Source of the DNA: Candidatus Saccharibacteria bacterium QS_5_54_17
Lineage (GTDB): Bacteria; Patescibacteriota; Saccharimonadia; QS-5-54-17
DNA: 64,000 nucleotides
Reading direction: 5' to 3'
NCBI GenBank assembly: GCA_003022365.1
Contig: PXOU01000018.1
Span: 11,900 to 75,899, forward strand
Below, piece by piece: positions 1-9,722 of this stretch (its first letter is position 1; the number at the start of each line of letters is the position of its first letter). The position numbers were made by a program, and so were the translations under genes. The notes under the pieces were generated by a model. That model was given only the letters and a program-made list of their open reading frames with translations, ran no database searches and was not told the origin of the DNA.

Positions 1-599
1 CCCACACCACCGGCGTGGCCGTGTTCGACGACGGGGAGCTGCTCCATATGGCCATCCTGCCCGTGGGCTCAGCCCATATCAGTAATGACATCGCCATCGG
101 TTTGCGGACCGAGATAGAAACTGCTGACAAAATTAAGCTGGAGCACGTGGACGCCGATCCCGGCAATCCGCATAAGAACGAGGCATTCTCCGTGCCGGAA
201 CTCAACGGCGAGTTACTCCAGGTCAACACGGCTGACGTCAACTCCATCGCCCGGGCGCGGCTGGAAGAGTTGTGCCAGTTGATTAACAGCGAATTACAGA
301 AAGCCAAGCGGGACGGTATGTTGCCCGGCGGCGCCATTTTCAGCGGCGGCGGCGCCAATCTGCACGGGCTGACCGAGTTCGCCAAACAGTATCTCCGCCT
401 TCCGGCGCACTTGAAAATGCCCCAAGGTTTCTCCGGCATCGTGGATACCATCGAAAACCCCGAGTTCGCCACGGCCGTCGGGCTGATGCTGGAAGATATG
501 CGGGCGGAGGACGCCGGTTCCAGCAAAAAGGAACTGCAAACCTTGATTTCCGGTCTGAGAGACGCCGTAGGCGGCGTGATGGACCGTTTCCGGGGCTGA
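1..599 (+). CDS. ftsA: Cell division protein FtsA, C-terminal part (5' end outside window)
   Basis: Actin-like FtsA motifs 'GSAHISNDIAIGLRT', 'IARARLEEL', 'SGGGANLHG', 'PEFATAVGL'; upstream of ftsZ. Confidence 0.93.
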   Translation, partial: HTTGVAVFDDGELLHMAILPVGSAHISNDIAIGLRTEIETADKIKLEHVDADPGNPHKNEAFSVPELNGELLQVNTADVNSIARARLEELCQLINSELQKAKRDGMLPGGAIFSGGGANLHGLTEFAKQYLRLPAHLKMPQGFSGIVDTIENPEFATAVGLMLEDMRAEDAGSSKKELQTLISGLRDAVGGVMDRFRG

Positions 600-604
600 T
601 AGGC

Positions 605-1320
605 CGCGTAGGAACAGGGAGCAGGAAGCAAGTAGCAAGTAAAAAAATGCAAATCCTCTCTTGTCATTCCGGCCGCCGAGCCGGAATCCATTAATCCGAC
701 ATGATCTAAAAAGCACTTTTTATACAAAATTCACGATCGTGAACTATACATAAAAGATAAGCGCAATTGCAAGGAACGTCCTTGCAAGATTAAAATCGCT
801 ACTAAAAGCGCTACTTGGCGCAAAATTGCAAGGACGTTCCTTGCAAAAATAGATCCTGAAATAAATTCAGGATGACAAAAAGTGTGTCATTCCGAACTTG
901 GTTCGGAATCGAGTCTGAAACAGATCCTGAAATAAATTCAGGATGACAATAGGGGAAGATCCTGAAACAAGCCTGCCTACCGGCAAGGTAGGTTCAGGAT
1001 GACATTTCTTTTTTGTCACCCGCTTTGTCATTCCGCCCCCGAGCCGGAATCCATTAAGCCGATACGGTATATCTTAAAAACCTGACTGCCGCACACAGAT
1101 TATACTCGAGGCTCAAAACCGTGCGCATAGCAGCACGCAGACAGCAGACAGTAAACGGCAGACAGGGAGCAGGGAGCGGGCAGCAGGAAGCAGGGAGTAA
1201 GAAGTAAGCAGATCTTAAGAGGGGTGGCGAAAAATTGTCATCCTGAACTTGTTTCAGGATCGGTTTCAGGATCTATTTCAGACTCGATTCCGAACCAAGT
1301 TCGGAATGACAAAGAGGGGA
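605..1320. repeat. Intergenic palindromic repeat mosaic R1
   Basis: Purine heptamer tracts, TTGCAAGGA-GTCCTTGCAA dimer (765-848), GATCCTGAAATAAATTCAGGATGACA and TGTCATTCCGAACTTGGTTCGGAATC modules shared with other clusters. Confidence 0.9.
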
Positions 1321-1403
1321 GGTCGCTGGCAACCGAATACATTATTTGCCAACGCGAGTACATCAGTTATACTGACATAAGAATCAATGGGAGAGCAGAT
1401 GTT

Positions 1404-2648
1404 ATGCCCGAAGTAGTGCCAAGCGTGGAAACCTTCGCCCGGATTAAAGTGCTAGGCCTCGGCGGCGGCGGTGGCGAGGCGCTCAATCGCATGATTGACA
1501 TGGGCGTGGAAAACGTCGAGTTCGTGGCCGTCAATACCGATGCCCAAGCCCTGGACAATGCCAAAGCGACTACTAAGCTCCATATCGGCAAGGAAACCAC
1601 CCGGGGGCTGGGTGCCGGCGCCGACCCCCAGATCGGCCAACAAGCGGCCGAAGAGTCCATGGAAGACATCAAACAGTCGCTGGAAGGGACGGATATGGCA
1701 TTTATTATGATGTGCGCCGGCGGCGGTACGGCCAGCGGCGCCGCGCCCCTGGTAGCCGAAGCGGCCCGCCAGCAAGGCATCCTGACGGTAGGATTTGCCA
1801 CCCGGCCGTTCGCCTTCGAAGGGGAAACCCGCCGGGCGAATGCCGACAGTGCCATCGAACGGATGCGCAAAAGCGTCGATACTTTGATCACCATCCCCAA
1901 CGACCGCCTATTACAAACCATTGACCGCAAAACCCCGCTTTTGGAGGCCTTTTCGGTGGTGGATGACGTGCTGCGCCAGGGCGTGCAGGGCATTTCCAAC
2001 CTGATCACCGTCCACGGGTTGATCAACCTGGACTTCGCCGACGTCCGCTCGGTTATGGATAATGCCGGTTCGGCGCTGATGGGGATCGGCAGCGCCAGCG
2101 GCGAAGACCGGGCAGTTACCGCCGCCCGGGAAGCCATCGAGTCGCCGCTGCTGGAAGTCTCCATCGACGGCGCCCGCGGCGTGCTGTTTAACGTCACCGG
2201 CGGCCGCGACATGGGGATGCACGAGATCAACGAAGCCGCCGAAACCATCACCTCGGCCATTGATCCCGACGCCAACATCATCTTCGGGGCGACCATTGAT
2301 GAGAATCTGGAAGACGAGCTGCGTCTGACAGTGGTAGCCACCGGTTTCGATGCCGCCGTGGCCGATCGAGAGCCGGCCGGCGGCCTGGCTTACTTCAATA
2401 AACCCAACGACGGGGAAACCGTCACCGACGAGGATCTCCCCGAGCAAAGCCTGAACCTGGATGAGGAAACCCCGGCCGGCGCCGCCTCCCAGGAAACCGA
2501 CGCCTGGTCATTCTCCGGTGATGACGATGACTTCGATGTGCCGGCCTTCGTCCGCAATCGCGACCGCGGGGAGCAGCAAAATAAAGACGAAAAAGCCGAT
2601 CAAGACGGCCAATCCCCGGGCAAAAAACGGAAGAAGAAACGGAAATAA
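1404..2648 (+). CDS. ftsZ: Cell division protein FtsZ
   Basis: 'IKVLGLGGGG', 'NTDAQAL', tubulin-like 'AGGGTASG', 'INLDFADV', C-terminal 'FDVPAFVR' core peptide; start moved to ATG 1404 because the longer ORF begins inside a repeat. Confidence 0.97.
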   Translation: MPEVVPSVETFARIKVLGLGGGGGEALNRMIDMGVENVEFVAVNTDAQALDNAKATTKLHIGKETTRGLGAGADPQIGQQAAEESMEDIKQSLEGTDMAFIMMCAGGGTASGAAPLVAEAARQQGILTVGFATRPFAFEGETRRANADSAIERMRKSVDTLITIPNDRLLQTIDRKTPLLEAFSVVDDVLRQGVQGISNLITVHGLINLDFADVRSVMDNAGSALMGIGSASGEDRAVTAAREAIESPLLEVSIDGARGVLFNVTGGRDMGMHEINEAAETITSAIDPDANIIFGATIDENLEDELRLTVVATGFDAAVADREPAGGLAYFNKPNDGETVTDEDLPEQSLNLDEETPAGAASQETDAWSFSGDDDDFDVPAFVRNRDRGEQQNKDEKADQDGQSPGKKRKKKRK

Positions 2649-2654
2649 CCCACA

Positions 2655-3170
2655 GGAATAAGAAGTAAGCAGTAAGAAGCAAGAAGTAAGTTTCGGAATC
2701 GGTTCTGAAATAGATCCTGAAACTGATCCCGGATCGGGGTCCGGGATGACATCTTCAGGATGATGGTTATTTTTCGTCACCTTCTTTGTCATTCCGGCCA
2801 CCGAGCCGGAATCCATGAACCCGATATGATCCAGAAACAGATTCTGAAACAAGCCTGCCTACCGGCAAGGCAGGTTCAGGATGACATTTCTTTTTCGCCA
2901 CCCTCTCTGTCATTCCGAACTTGGTTCGGAATCTCATTCTGCAACAGAGAAACAGATCCCGGATCGGAGTCCGGGATGACATCTTCAGGTTCAGGATGAC
3001 GCCTTTAGAGCCCGTCCTGAACTTGTTTCAGGGATGACAATTCAGGAATGATGTTCAGCCCGGTTTTTGTTGCCGGGTTTTGATAATGATTCCGGGTGCT
3101 CGCGCACAAACACCTCCTTGTTGTTTACTGCATCCGAGGTGTTCGATATGTCGTGTCACTATACGCAAGT
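2655..3170. repeat. Intergenic palindromic repeat mosaic R2
   Basis: Same modules as R1, plus the terminal AACACCTCCTTGTTG...GAGGTGTT...CACTATAC module. Confidence 0.9.
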
Positions 3171-3207
3171 TTTGAAGAGTATACCTTGGTGTGCCATTAT
3201 TATTGCA

Positions 3208-3987
3208 ATGACCAATGTTTTTGATCTCAAACAATTTGCAAACGAAAAAGGTTTAGAATTGCCTCACCAGAGTGCAATTCTTGAAGAAGCAACAGAAAAC
3301 ATAGTTTCCAAATATTCACATGATAAAGAACAGATAAAAGACAACTTCGATTCTATGATTTTTGAAACGGAAAAAGAGGCGTACAACGTATATCTTAAGC
3401 ACGAGCAACAGTACGGCGAAAGAGTATTCAACGCTTTCTTCGAATACCTGCAAGAAAATAAAGAAATTAATGCTATCAATGAAGCCGGATCTGTTCTCGG
3501 AAGTTATTTTTACTCACTCGATAGGTTTTTTCTCTCACTAAAGCAGTCACGAACTGTGAGGGCAGGGAAAACATTCGAAGGCATCACGAGGAATCTCTTC
3601 AAAATTCTCGATTATCCTTTCGAAGAACAAGTTACGATTGATGGAGGCAATACCCCGGATTTTCTCATGCCTTCAGCTGAGCATTATGAAGCCAATGCAC
3701 CAGATTGCATCATTTTTACATCGAAACGTACTTTACGCGAACGATGGCGCCAGATTGTGACAGAAGGAACAAGGGGTCTTGGTTTCTATCTCGCGACCAT
3801 GGACGAAGGAATATCCAAGGCTCAATTGAATGAAATGCAGCATAACAGGATATTCGTTGTGGTACCCGAACAAATAAAAACAAAAAAATATTCAGAAACC
3901 GTCAATGTTCTCAGCTTCACCCGATTTTTTAATGACTATCTCGATCCTGCAGTTGAAAGATGGCGACGGAACGGAGTTATCAGTTGA
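3208..3987 (+). CDS. Type II restriction endonuclease, EcoRII catalytic-domain-like (CCGG-family PD-(D/E)XK)
   Basis: 'RAGKTFE', 'PDFLMPS', 'KRTLRERWRQ' motifs of EcoRII-C/SsoII/Ecl18kI-type enzymes; adjacent to a C5-MTase; low GC. Confidence 0.85.
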   Translation: MTNVFDLKQFANEKGLELPHQSAILEEATENIVSKYSHDKEQIKDNFDSMIFETEKEAYNVYLKHEQQYGERVFNAFFEYLQENKEINAINEAGSVLGSYFYSLDRFFLSLKQSRTVRAGKTFEGITRNLFKILDYPFEEQVTIDGGNTPDFLMPSAEHYEANAPDCIIFTSKRTLRERWRQIVTEGTRGLGFYLATMDEGISKAQLNEMQHNRIFVVVPEQIKTKKYSETVNVLSFTRFFNDYLDPAVERWRRNGVIS

Positions 3988-4073
3988 ATGACCGTTGTTA
4001 CTTCCGAGAAGTTGCAATACGAACAAAAAACGAATATCATAAAAGCATAAGCATATAAATAAGGAGAGCTTTT

Positions 4074-5228
4074 GTGGTTATGGATAATAGGCTAAGATTA
4101 AATCAGCTAAGTTTTTGGGAGAAAAGGGAGGTGCGGTCAGTGATTCCAGCAAAGAATAGTGTAAAAGGATATCGATTTATAGATTTATTCGCAGGAATCG
4201 GTGGAATCAGGTCCGCTTTCGAGAATTCTGGTAATACATGTGTTTTTTCTTCCGAGTGGGACAAGCACTGCCAAGCTACTTACAAGGCAAATTTCGGAGA
4301 AAAGCCCTATGGGGACATAACAAAAATCAATGAGAAGGATATTCCGGATCATGACATACTATTAGCCGGTTTTCCGTGCCAACCTTTTTCAGTGGCCGGT
4401 GTGTCCAAAAAACTCAGCTTGAAGCGCCAACATGGCTTTGCGGACGAAGAGCAGGGAAATCTGTTTTTTGATATAGCTCGTATAATTGCAGAGAAAAGAC
4501 CAACTGCTTTCATGCTTGAAAATGTTAAAAATCTTAAAAGCCATGATGGCGGCAAAACGTTTGAAGTTATTCGCAATACTCTGGAAGATCTGGGATACAG
4601 CGTGCACGAAAAAGTCATTGATGCGATTGATTATGTCCCCCAGCACAGGGAAAGAATTTTCATAGTAGGGTTCGATAAAAAGAAAGCCGGAGATATCAAT
4701 TTCAATTTTCCCCAACCGCCGCGCACAAAAAATGCGATTGCCGATATACTCGAAAAAGATGCTGATGAAAAACACACACTTTCAGATAAGCTTTGGAATT
4801 ATCTGCAGGGTTATGCTGATATTCATAAAGAAAAAGGTAACGGTTTTGGGTTCGGTCTTATTGATCCCGAAACTGATACAGCAACACGCACACTCAGTGC
4901 ACGATATTACAAGGATGGATCAGAAATTCTCATAAAACAGGCTGATAATAACCCTCGAAAACTTACGCCACGGGAGTGCGCCAGACTGATGGGGTTTGAT
5001 GATTCATTTCAAATTCCTGTTTCAGATACACAAGCTTACAAACAGTTCGGTAATTCAGTAGTGGTTCCTGTAGTTGGCGCAGTTGCCTCGCAGCTGGTTC
5101 ATGCGCTAGATTCAGTATATGGACGGACTGTCGAGAGAAGCCCGAAGCAGAAACATGTCAAAAATCGGGGCAAAAAACACAAAACCCGAGTTACTGGTAC
5201 GGAAATTCCTGCACAACAAGGGTTATAG
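4074..5228 (+). CDS. dcm: DNA (cytosine-5)-methyltransferase, Dcm/M.EcoRII-like
   Basis: Motif I 'DLFAGIGG', IV 'GFPCQPFS', VI 'ENV', VIII 'QHRER', X 'QFGNSV'; target-recognition region 'GNGFGFGL..TLSARYYKDGSEILI' typical of Dcm; SD AAGGAG at 4061. Confidence 0.92.
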   Translation: MVMDNRLRLNQLSFWEKREVRSVIPAKNSVKGYRFIDLFAGIGGIRSAFENSGNTCVFSSEWDKHCQATYKANFGEKPYGDITKINEKDIPDHDILLAGFPCQPFSVAGVSKKLSLKRQHGFADEEQGNLFFDIARIIAEKRPTAFMLENVKNLKSHDGGKTFEVIRNTLEDLGYSVHEKVIDAIDYVPQHRERIFIVGFDKKKAGDINFNFPQPPRTKNAIADILEKDADEKHTLSDKLWNYLQGYADIHKEKGNGFGFGLIDPETDTATRTLSARYYKDGSEILIKQADNNPRKLTPRECARLMGFDDSFQIPVSDTQAYKQFGNSVVVPVVGAVASQLVHALDSVYGRTVERSPKQKHVKNRGKKHKTRVTGTEIPAQQGL

Positions 5229-5541
5229 GTACAGGTTATATAGCAATCTTCCGGGAAAGCCGGACATTGTTTTTGGAAGTAAAAAAGTGGCCGTTTTTAT
5301 TCATGGTTGCTTCTGGCACCAGCATGGATGCCATATGTCATACATCCCAAAAAACAATCGTAAATTCTGGCTGGACAAACTGAAACAGAATGTTGCCAGG
5401 GATGAAAAGGTTTCGAACGAATTGCACGAATCGGGATGGTTCGTTGTAACAGTATGGGAATGTGAAGTGTACAGGGATATTGATGAAACAGTAGAAAAAA
5501 TAAAAGAGACGTTACAAGCTACTACTCATACTGCAAGTTAA
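5119..5541 (+). CDS. vsr: Very short patch repair endonuclease
   Basis: 'RSRNMSKI..KNTKPE', 'LPGKPDIV', 'FIHGCFWH', 'VWECE'; overlaps the MTase 3' end. Confidence 0.93.
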   Translation: MDGLSREARSRNMSKIGAKNTKPELLVRKFLHNKGYRYRLYSNLPGKPDIVFGSKKVAVFIHGCFWHQHGCHMSYIPKNNRKFWLDKLKQNVARDEKVSNELHESGWFVVTVWECEVYRDIDETVEKIKETLQATTHTAS

Positions 5542-5676
5542 CACTGAATCAAATTATTCAGGGTCACCCGCTTTGTCATTCCCGCTGCCGGGGTGTTTTT
5601 CCCTGCGGCGGATCTATCCGCTATAATGCATAGGTGTCCACTCAGAGGCGTAACAAGATTGGAAGTTGAGCTTTAA

Positions 5677-8343
5677 GTGAACGTACAGCAATTTTTAACC
5701 CGGATTTTCGGCGACGCGGCCCAGCAGCAACTGAAGAAACTGTGGCCGTTGGTCCATGCCATCAACGACCACGAGGCGTCAGTCGCCCAATTAAGTGACG
5801 AGGAGCTGGCCGCCAAAACCGACCAATTCAAAACGGCGTTGGCGGAAGAATCCCAGACCCTGGACGGTTTATTACCCGAAGCCTTCGCGGTGGTGCGGGA
5901 GACCGCCAAGCGCACGCTGAGGCAACGGCATTTCGACGTGCAGCTGCTGGGCGGGATCGTCATGCACCAGGGCAACATCGCCGAGATGAAAACCGGTGAA
6001 GGTAAAACCCTGGTGGCCACCCTCCCGCTGTATCTGAACGCTCTGGAGGGCAAGGGTGCCCACATCGTGACGGTCAACGATTACCTGGCCCGCCGTGACG
6101 CCGGCTGGATGGGGCAGGTGTATCATTTCCTGGGGCTGTCGGTGGGGTCGATCGTCCACGGCAACCAGGCCTACATCTATGACCCCGACGTTACCGATGA
6201 AACCCACTCCGACCCGCGCCTGCAGCATTTCCGCAGCGCTACCAAGGCCGAAGTCTATAATTGCGACATCGTCTACGGCACCAACAACGAATTCGGTTTC
6301 GATTACCTGCGGGACAACATGGCCAACACTAAAGACGACATCGTCCAGCAAGAGCTGAATTTCGCCATCGTCGACGAAGTGGACTCCATCCTCATCGACG
6401 AAGCCCGGACGCCGTTGATCATCTCCGCTCCGGGCGATAAACAGGTCACCACTTACCAGCAGTTCGCCCGGCTGGCGGGCCAACTCTCCCGTGAGGAAGA
6501 TTACACGGTGGATGAAAAACAACGGGCCGTATCCTTAACCGAAGACGGCGTCAACAAGGTCGAGCAGACGTTAGGCATCGACAACCTCTACGACTCCGAG
6601 CACGTCCAGTCCATATTCCACCTGGAGCAAGCACTGAAAGCCAAGGCGCTCTTCATTAATAACAAGAATTACGTGGTCCGGGATGGGGAAGTTATCATCG
6701 TCGACGAATTCACCGGCCGACTGATGCCCGGCCGGCGCTTCAGCGAAGGCATCCACCAGGCCATCGAAGCCAAGGAGGGCGTCCCGGTATTGCAGGAGTC
6801 AACCACCCTGGCGACCATTAGCTTCCAGAACTATTTCCGTTTGTACGACAAACTGGCCGGCATGACCGGTACCGCCAAGACCGAGGAAGAGGAATTCCAG
6901 AACATCTACAATTTGGACGTGGCCATTATTCCCACCAACGAGCCAATTATCCGCCAGGATCTCTCGGACCGGATTTACAAGACTGAGCACGGCAAATTCG
7001 AGTCCGTGGCTGATGACGTGGCGGAGCGGTATGAGAAGGGGCAGCCGGTGTTGCTGGGCACGGTATCGATTGAGAAAAACGAGCAACTCAGCAGCATGCT
7101 GGAGGACCGCGGTATTCCCCATGAAGTGCTGAATGCCAAAAACAACGAACGGGAAGCCGAGATCATTGCCCGGGCCGGTCGGGAAGGGGCAGTAACCCTG
7201 GCCACCAACATCGCCGGGCGGGGGACCGACATCGTCCTGGGCGGCGACCCCGATGACGCCGCCACTCGTGAGGAGTGGCAGCGGGCCCATGATCGGGTGG
7301 TGGAGCTGGGCGGGCTGCACGTGCTCGGCAGCGAACGCCACGAAGCCCGCCGGATCGACAATCAGCTCCGCGGCCGTTCCGGGCGGCAGGGCGACCCGGG
7401 AAGCACCCAGTTCTACGTCAGCCTGGAAGATGATCTGATGCGCGTGTTCGGCGGTGAACGGATGAGCGGCTTGATGAATTCGGTCGGCGTGGACGAGAAG
7501 ACGCCCATCGAGAGCAAAATGGTGTCCCGGAGTCTGGAGAGTGCCCAGAAGCGGGTGGAATCCCATAACTACGACCAGCGCAAAAACGTACTCCAATACG
7601 ACGACGTCATGAACCGCCACCGGGAAGCCATTTATGCCCGGCGGCGGGAAATTTTGGAAGAAAAACCGCTCAAAGAGGAAATTCTGGGAATGGTGGAAAC
7701 CCAGATCCAACATTTGATTTACTCCCACACTTCCGATGAGACCAACCGACTGGACCGGGCTGAGCTGTGGGAAGGGCTGGAAAGCTTCCTCTCGCTTGAT
7801 TATGAACGCCTGGAGCATGTCGCCGACGCCGAGTTACCCGGGGAGCTGATGGAACAGGCCCGGGAACTGTATGCGCAGCGGGAGCAGGAGTTTGGCTCGG
7901 AGGTCACCCGCCAGCTGGAGCGGCAGGTGTATCTGCAGGCGCTGGACCGGTTATGGATGGAGCATTTAGAAAGCATGGACCATTTGCGCGAGGGCATCCA
8001 CCTGAGGAGCGTGGGCCAGAAAGACCCGCTGGTGGAGTACAAAAAGGAAGCCCACACCATGTTTAATCAGCTGATGAGCAGCATCGACCGGGAAGTCGCC
8101 ACCACTATTTTCCGGCTGGTTCCTACCGAACAGATGACCGAAACCGAAACCGAGCTGACCCGGGCGGCCGAAAATGCCCAAGCGGAAGGCGGCAACACCT
8201 CAGATCAGTCCCAAGGCACGGTCCGCAAATCGCCAGCCGAGAAAATCGGCCGGAACAGCTTATGCCCCTGTGGTTCCGGGTTGAAATACAAGAAATGTGG
8301 CTTGATTGACGCGCCCCAACACCAAGCGGCTGCCGCTGAGTAA
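5677..8343 (+). CDS. secA: Preprotein translocase ATPase SecA
   Basis: 'EMKTGEGKT', 'VTVNDYLA', 'DEVDSILIDEARTPLIIS', 'QLRGRSGRQGDPG', C-terminal SEC-C 'GRNSLCPCGSGLKYKKC'. Confidence 0.98.
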   Translation: MNVQQFLTRIFGDAAQQQLKKLWPLVHAINDHEASVAQLSDEELAAKTDQFKTALAEESQTLDGLLPEAFAVVRETAKRTLRQRHFDVQLLGGIVMHQGNIAEMKTGEGKTLVATLPLYLNALEGKGAHIVTVNDYLARRDAGWMGQVYHFLGLSVGSIVHGNQAYIYDPDVTDETHSDPRLQHFRSATKAEVYNCDIVYGTNNEFGFDYLRDNMANTKDDIVQQELNFAIVDEVDSILIDEARTPLIISAPGDKQVTTYQQFARLAGQLSREEDYTVDEKQRAVSLTEDGVNKVEQTLGIDNLYDSEHVQSIFHLEQALKAKALFINNKNYVVRDGEVIIVDEFTGRLMPGRRFSEGIHQAIEAKEGVPVLQESTTLATISFQNYFRLYDKLAGMTGTAKTEEEEFQNIYNLDVAIIPTNEPIIRQDLSDRIYKTEHGKFESVADDVAERYEKGQPVLLGTVSIEKNEQLSSMLEDRGIPHEVLNAKNNEREAEIIARAGREGAVTLATNIAGRGTDIVLGGDPDDAATREEWQRAHDRVVELGGLHVLGSERHEARRIDNQLRGRSGRQGDPGSTQFYVSLEDDLMRVFGGERMSGLMNSVGVDEKTPIESKMVSRSLESAQKRVESHNYDQRKNVLQYDDVMNRHREAIYARRREILEEKPLKEEILGMVETQIQHLIYSHTSDETNRLDRAELWEGLESFLSLDYERLEHVADAELPGELMEQARELYAQREQEFGSEVTRQLERQVYLQALDRLWMEHLESMDHLREGIHLRSVGQKDPLVEYKKEAHTMFNQLMSSIDREVATTIFRLVPTEQMTETETELTRAAENAQAEGGNTSDQSQGTVRKSPAEKIGRNSLCPCGSGLKYKKCGLIDAPQHQAAAAE

Positions 8344-8345
8344 AT

Positions 8346-9722
8346 ATGCAGATTGCCATCGCCGGTTATGGGCAGGAAGGGCGGGCGGTGCACCGGTATC
8401 TGCGGCGGCAGGAGGAAGAGACTGGGGTAAAATGCGACATTACCGTCTGTGATCAGAATCCGGAGTTGGAAGTGCCGGAAGACGTTTGGGCGCAGCTGGG
8501 AGAGGGGTATCTGGAGGGGCTGGACTCATGTGATCTGGTGTACCGTTCGCCCGGTATCCGGCCGGATACCCTCCAGTACCTGAATCCCGGGCTTGACGGG
8601 AATCGAATCACCACTGCCACTAACCAATTTTTTACGGCCTGCCCCAGCGGCAATATCATCGGAGTGACCGGCACCAAAGGCAAGGGGACCACCACCACCC
8701 TGATCGCCCGGATACTCACGACTGCCGGCCAGCAAGCTCACGTGGGCGGCAATATCGGCACGCCGGCGCTGGATTTGCTGGGCGACATCGGCCCGGAGGA
8801 CTGGGTGGTACTGGAGCTGTCCAGTTTCCAGTTGTTCGATATTGACCGCAGTCCTCATATCGGGGTGTGTCTGATGATCGCGCCCGATCACCTGGATTGG
8901 CATACCGATATGGAGGAGTATGTCGATGCCAAGTCCCACATATTCGCTCTCCAGGAGACCTGTGATATAGCCGTCTACAACGCCGACAATGCCTACGCCT
9001 CCCGTCTGGCGGAGAAGAGTCCCGGGCGGAAGATTGCCTTCGGGGCCAGTGGCGAGGCTGATGTCCGGGGAACAGATGAGGGGATTTACACCGACGATCA
9101 AAAGGTAATTGCGGCGGCCGACATCGGGCTCCGCGGCCCCCACAACCGGGAAAACGTCTGCGCGGCGACCGGCGCCGCCATCGCCGCCCTCCGGGAATCC
9201 CTTCCCGTCGGTGATTGCGCCGGGGTGCATCCGCCACCGGGCACTCAAGGCTCCGTGGCAGCTGCCATCCGGGATTTTCACGGACTGGAGCACCGGCTGG
9301 AGTACGTGGGTAACGCGAATGGGGTATCCTTTTATAACGATTCCTTTTCCACCAATCCAGCTCCCACCATCGCCGCCATCCGGAGCTTCAGCGAGGGGCA
9401 AGTCCTCATCCTGGGCGGTTCTCCCAAGGGAGCCGATTTTGAGGAATTAGCCCGGGAGATCGCCGGCTCGCCGGTCAAGCACGCCGTATTGACCGGTGAG
9501 GAGGCTGAGCGCCTCCAGGCGGCGCTGGAGCAGGCCGGCTTTACGGCCCATTCCTGGGGCGGGGACCGCATGCCTGGCTTGGTGGCGGAAGCGGTAAGCC
9601 GGGCGGAAACCGGTGATGTCGTTCTTCTCAGCCCCGCCTGTGCCAGCTTCGACATGTTTGCGGATTACAAAGACCGGGGCCAGCAGTTCAAGCAGGCAGT
9701 AGCGGCCCTCAATAATCAGTAG
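8346..9722 (+). CDS. murD: UDP-N-acetylmuramoyl-L-alanine--D-glutamate ligase
   Basis: 'GVTGTKGKGTT', 'GGNIG', 'LELSSFQL', 'DHLDWH', 'HRLE', 'LLSPACASFDMF'. Confidence 0.96.
   Translation: MQIAIAGYGQEGRAVHRYLRRQEEETGVKCDITVCDQNPELEVPEDVWAQLGEGYLEGLDSCDLVYRSPGIRPDTLQYLNPGLDGNRITTATNQFFTACPSGNIIGVTGTKGKGTTTTLIARILTTAGQQAHVGGNIGTPALDLLGDIGPEDWVVLELSSFQLFDIDRSPHIGVCLMIAPDHLDWHTDMEEYVDAKSHIFALQETCDIAVYNADNAYASRLAEKSPGRKIAFGASGEADVRGTDEGIYTDDQKVIAAADIGLRGPHNRENVCAATGAAIAALRESLPVGDCAGVHPPPGTQGSVAAAIRDFHGLEHRLEYVGNANGVSFYNDSFSTNPAPTIAAIRSFSEGQVLILGGSPKGADFEELAREIAGSPVKHAVLTGEEAERLQAALEQAGFTAHSWGGDRMPGLVAEAVSRAETGDVVLLSPACASFDMFADYKDRGQQFKQAVAALNNQ

Noticed and set aside
1224-1403. 60-aa N-terminal extension of FtsZ (and similar extensions of ORFs starting at 3067, 17223, 25432, 33991, 35200, 39542, 47796)
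   Set aside because: The extensions are translated repeat, UTR or overlapping-gene DNA; better starts with SD or -10 support lie downstream
1367-2341. Long antisense ORFs opposite ftsZ, secA, murD, the surface genes and IS30
   Set aside because: Shadow ORFs expected from high GC3 codon bias; the opposite strand encodes recognisable proteins
2760-2999. Short ORFs within mosaics (also 19144-19446, 21226-21921, 23288-23509, 29587-29790, 46158-46406)
   Set aside because: They translate to recurring repeat-derived strings (CHPELVSGS, VILNLFQD, LLTSYF) with no independent coding evidence
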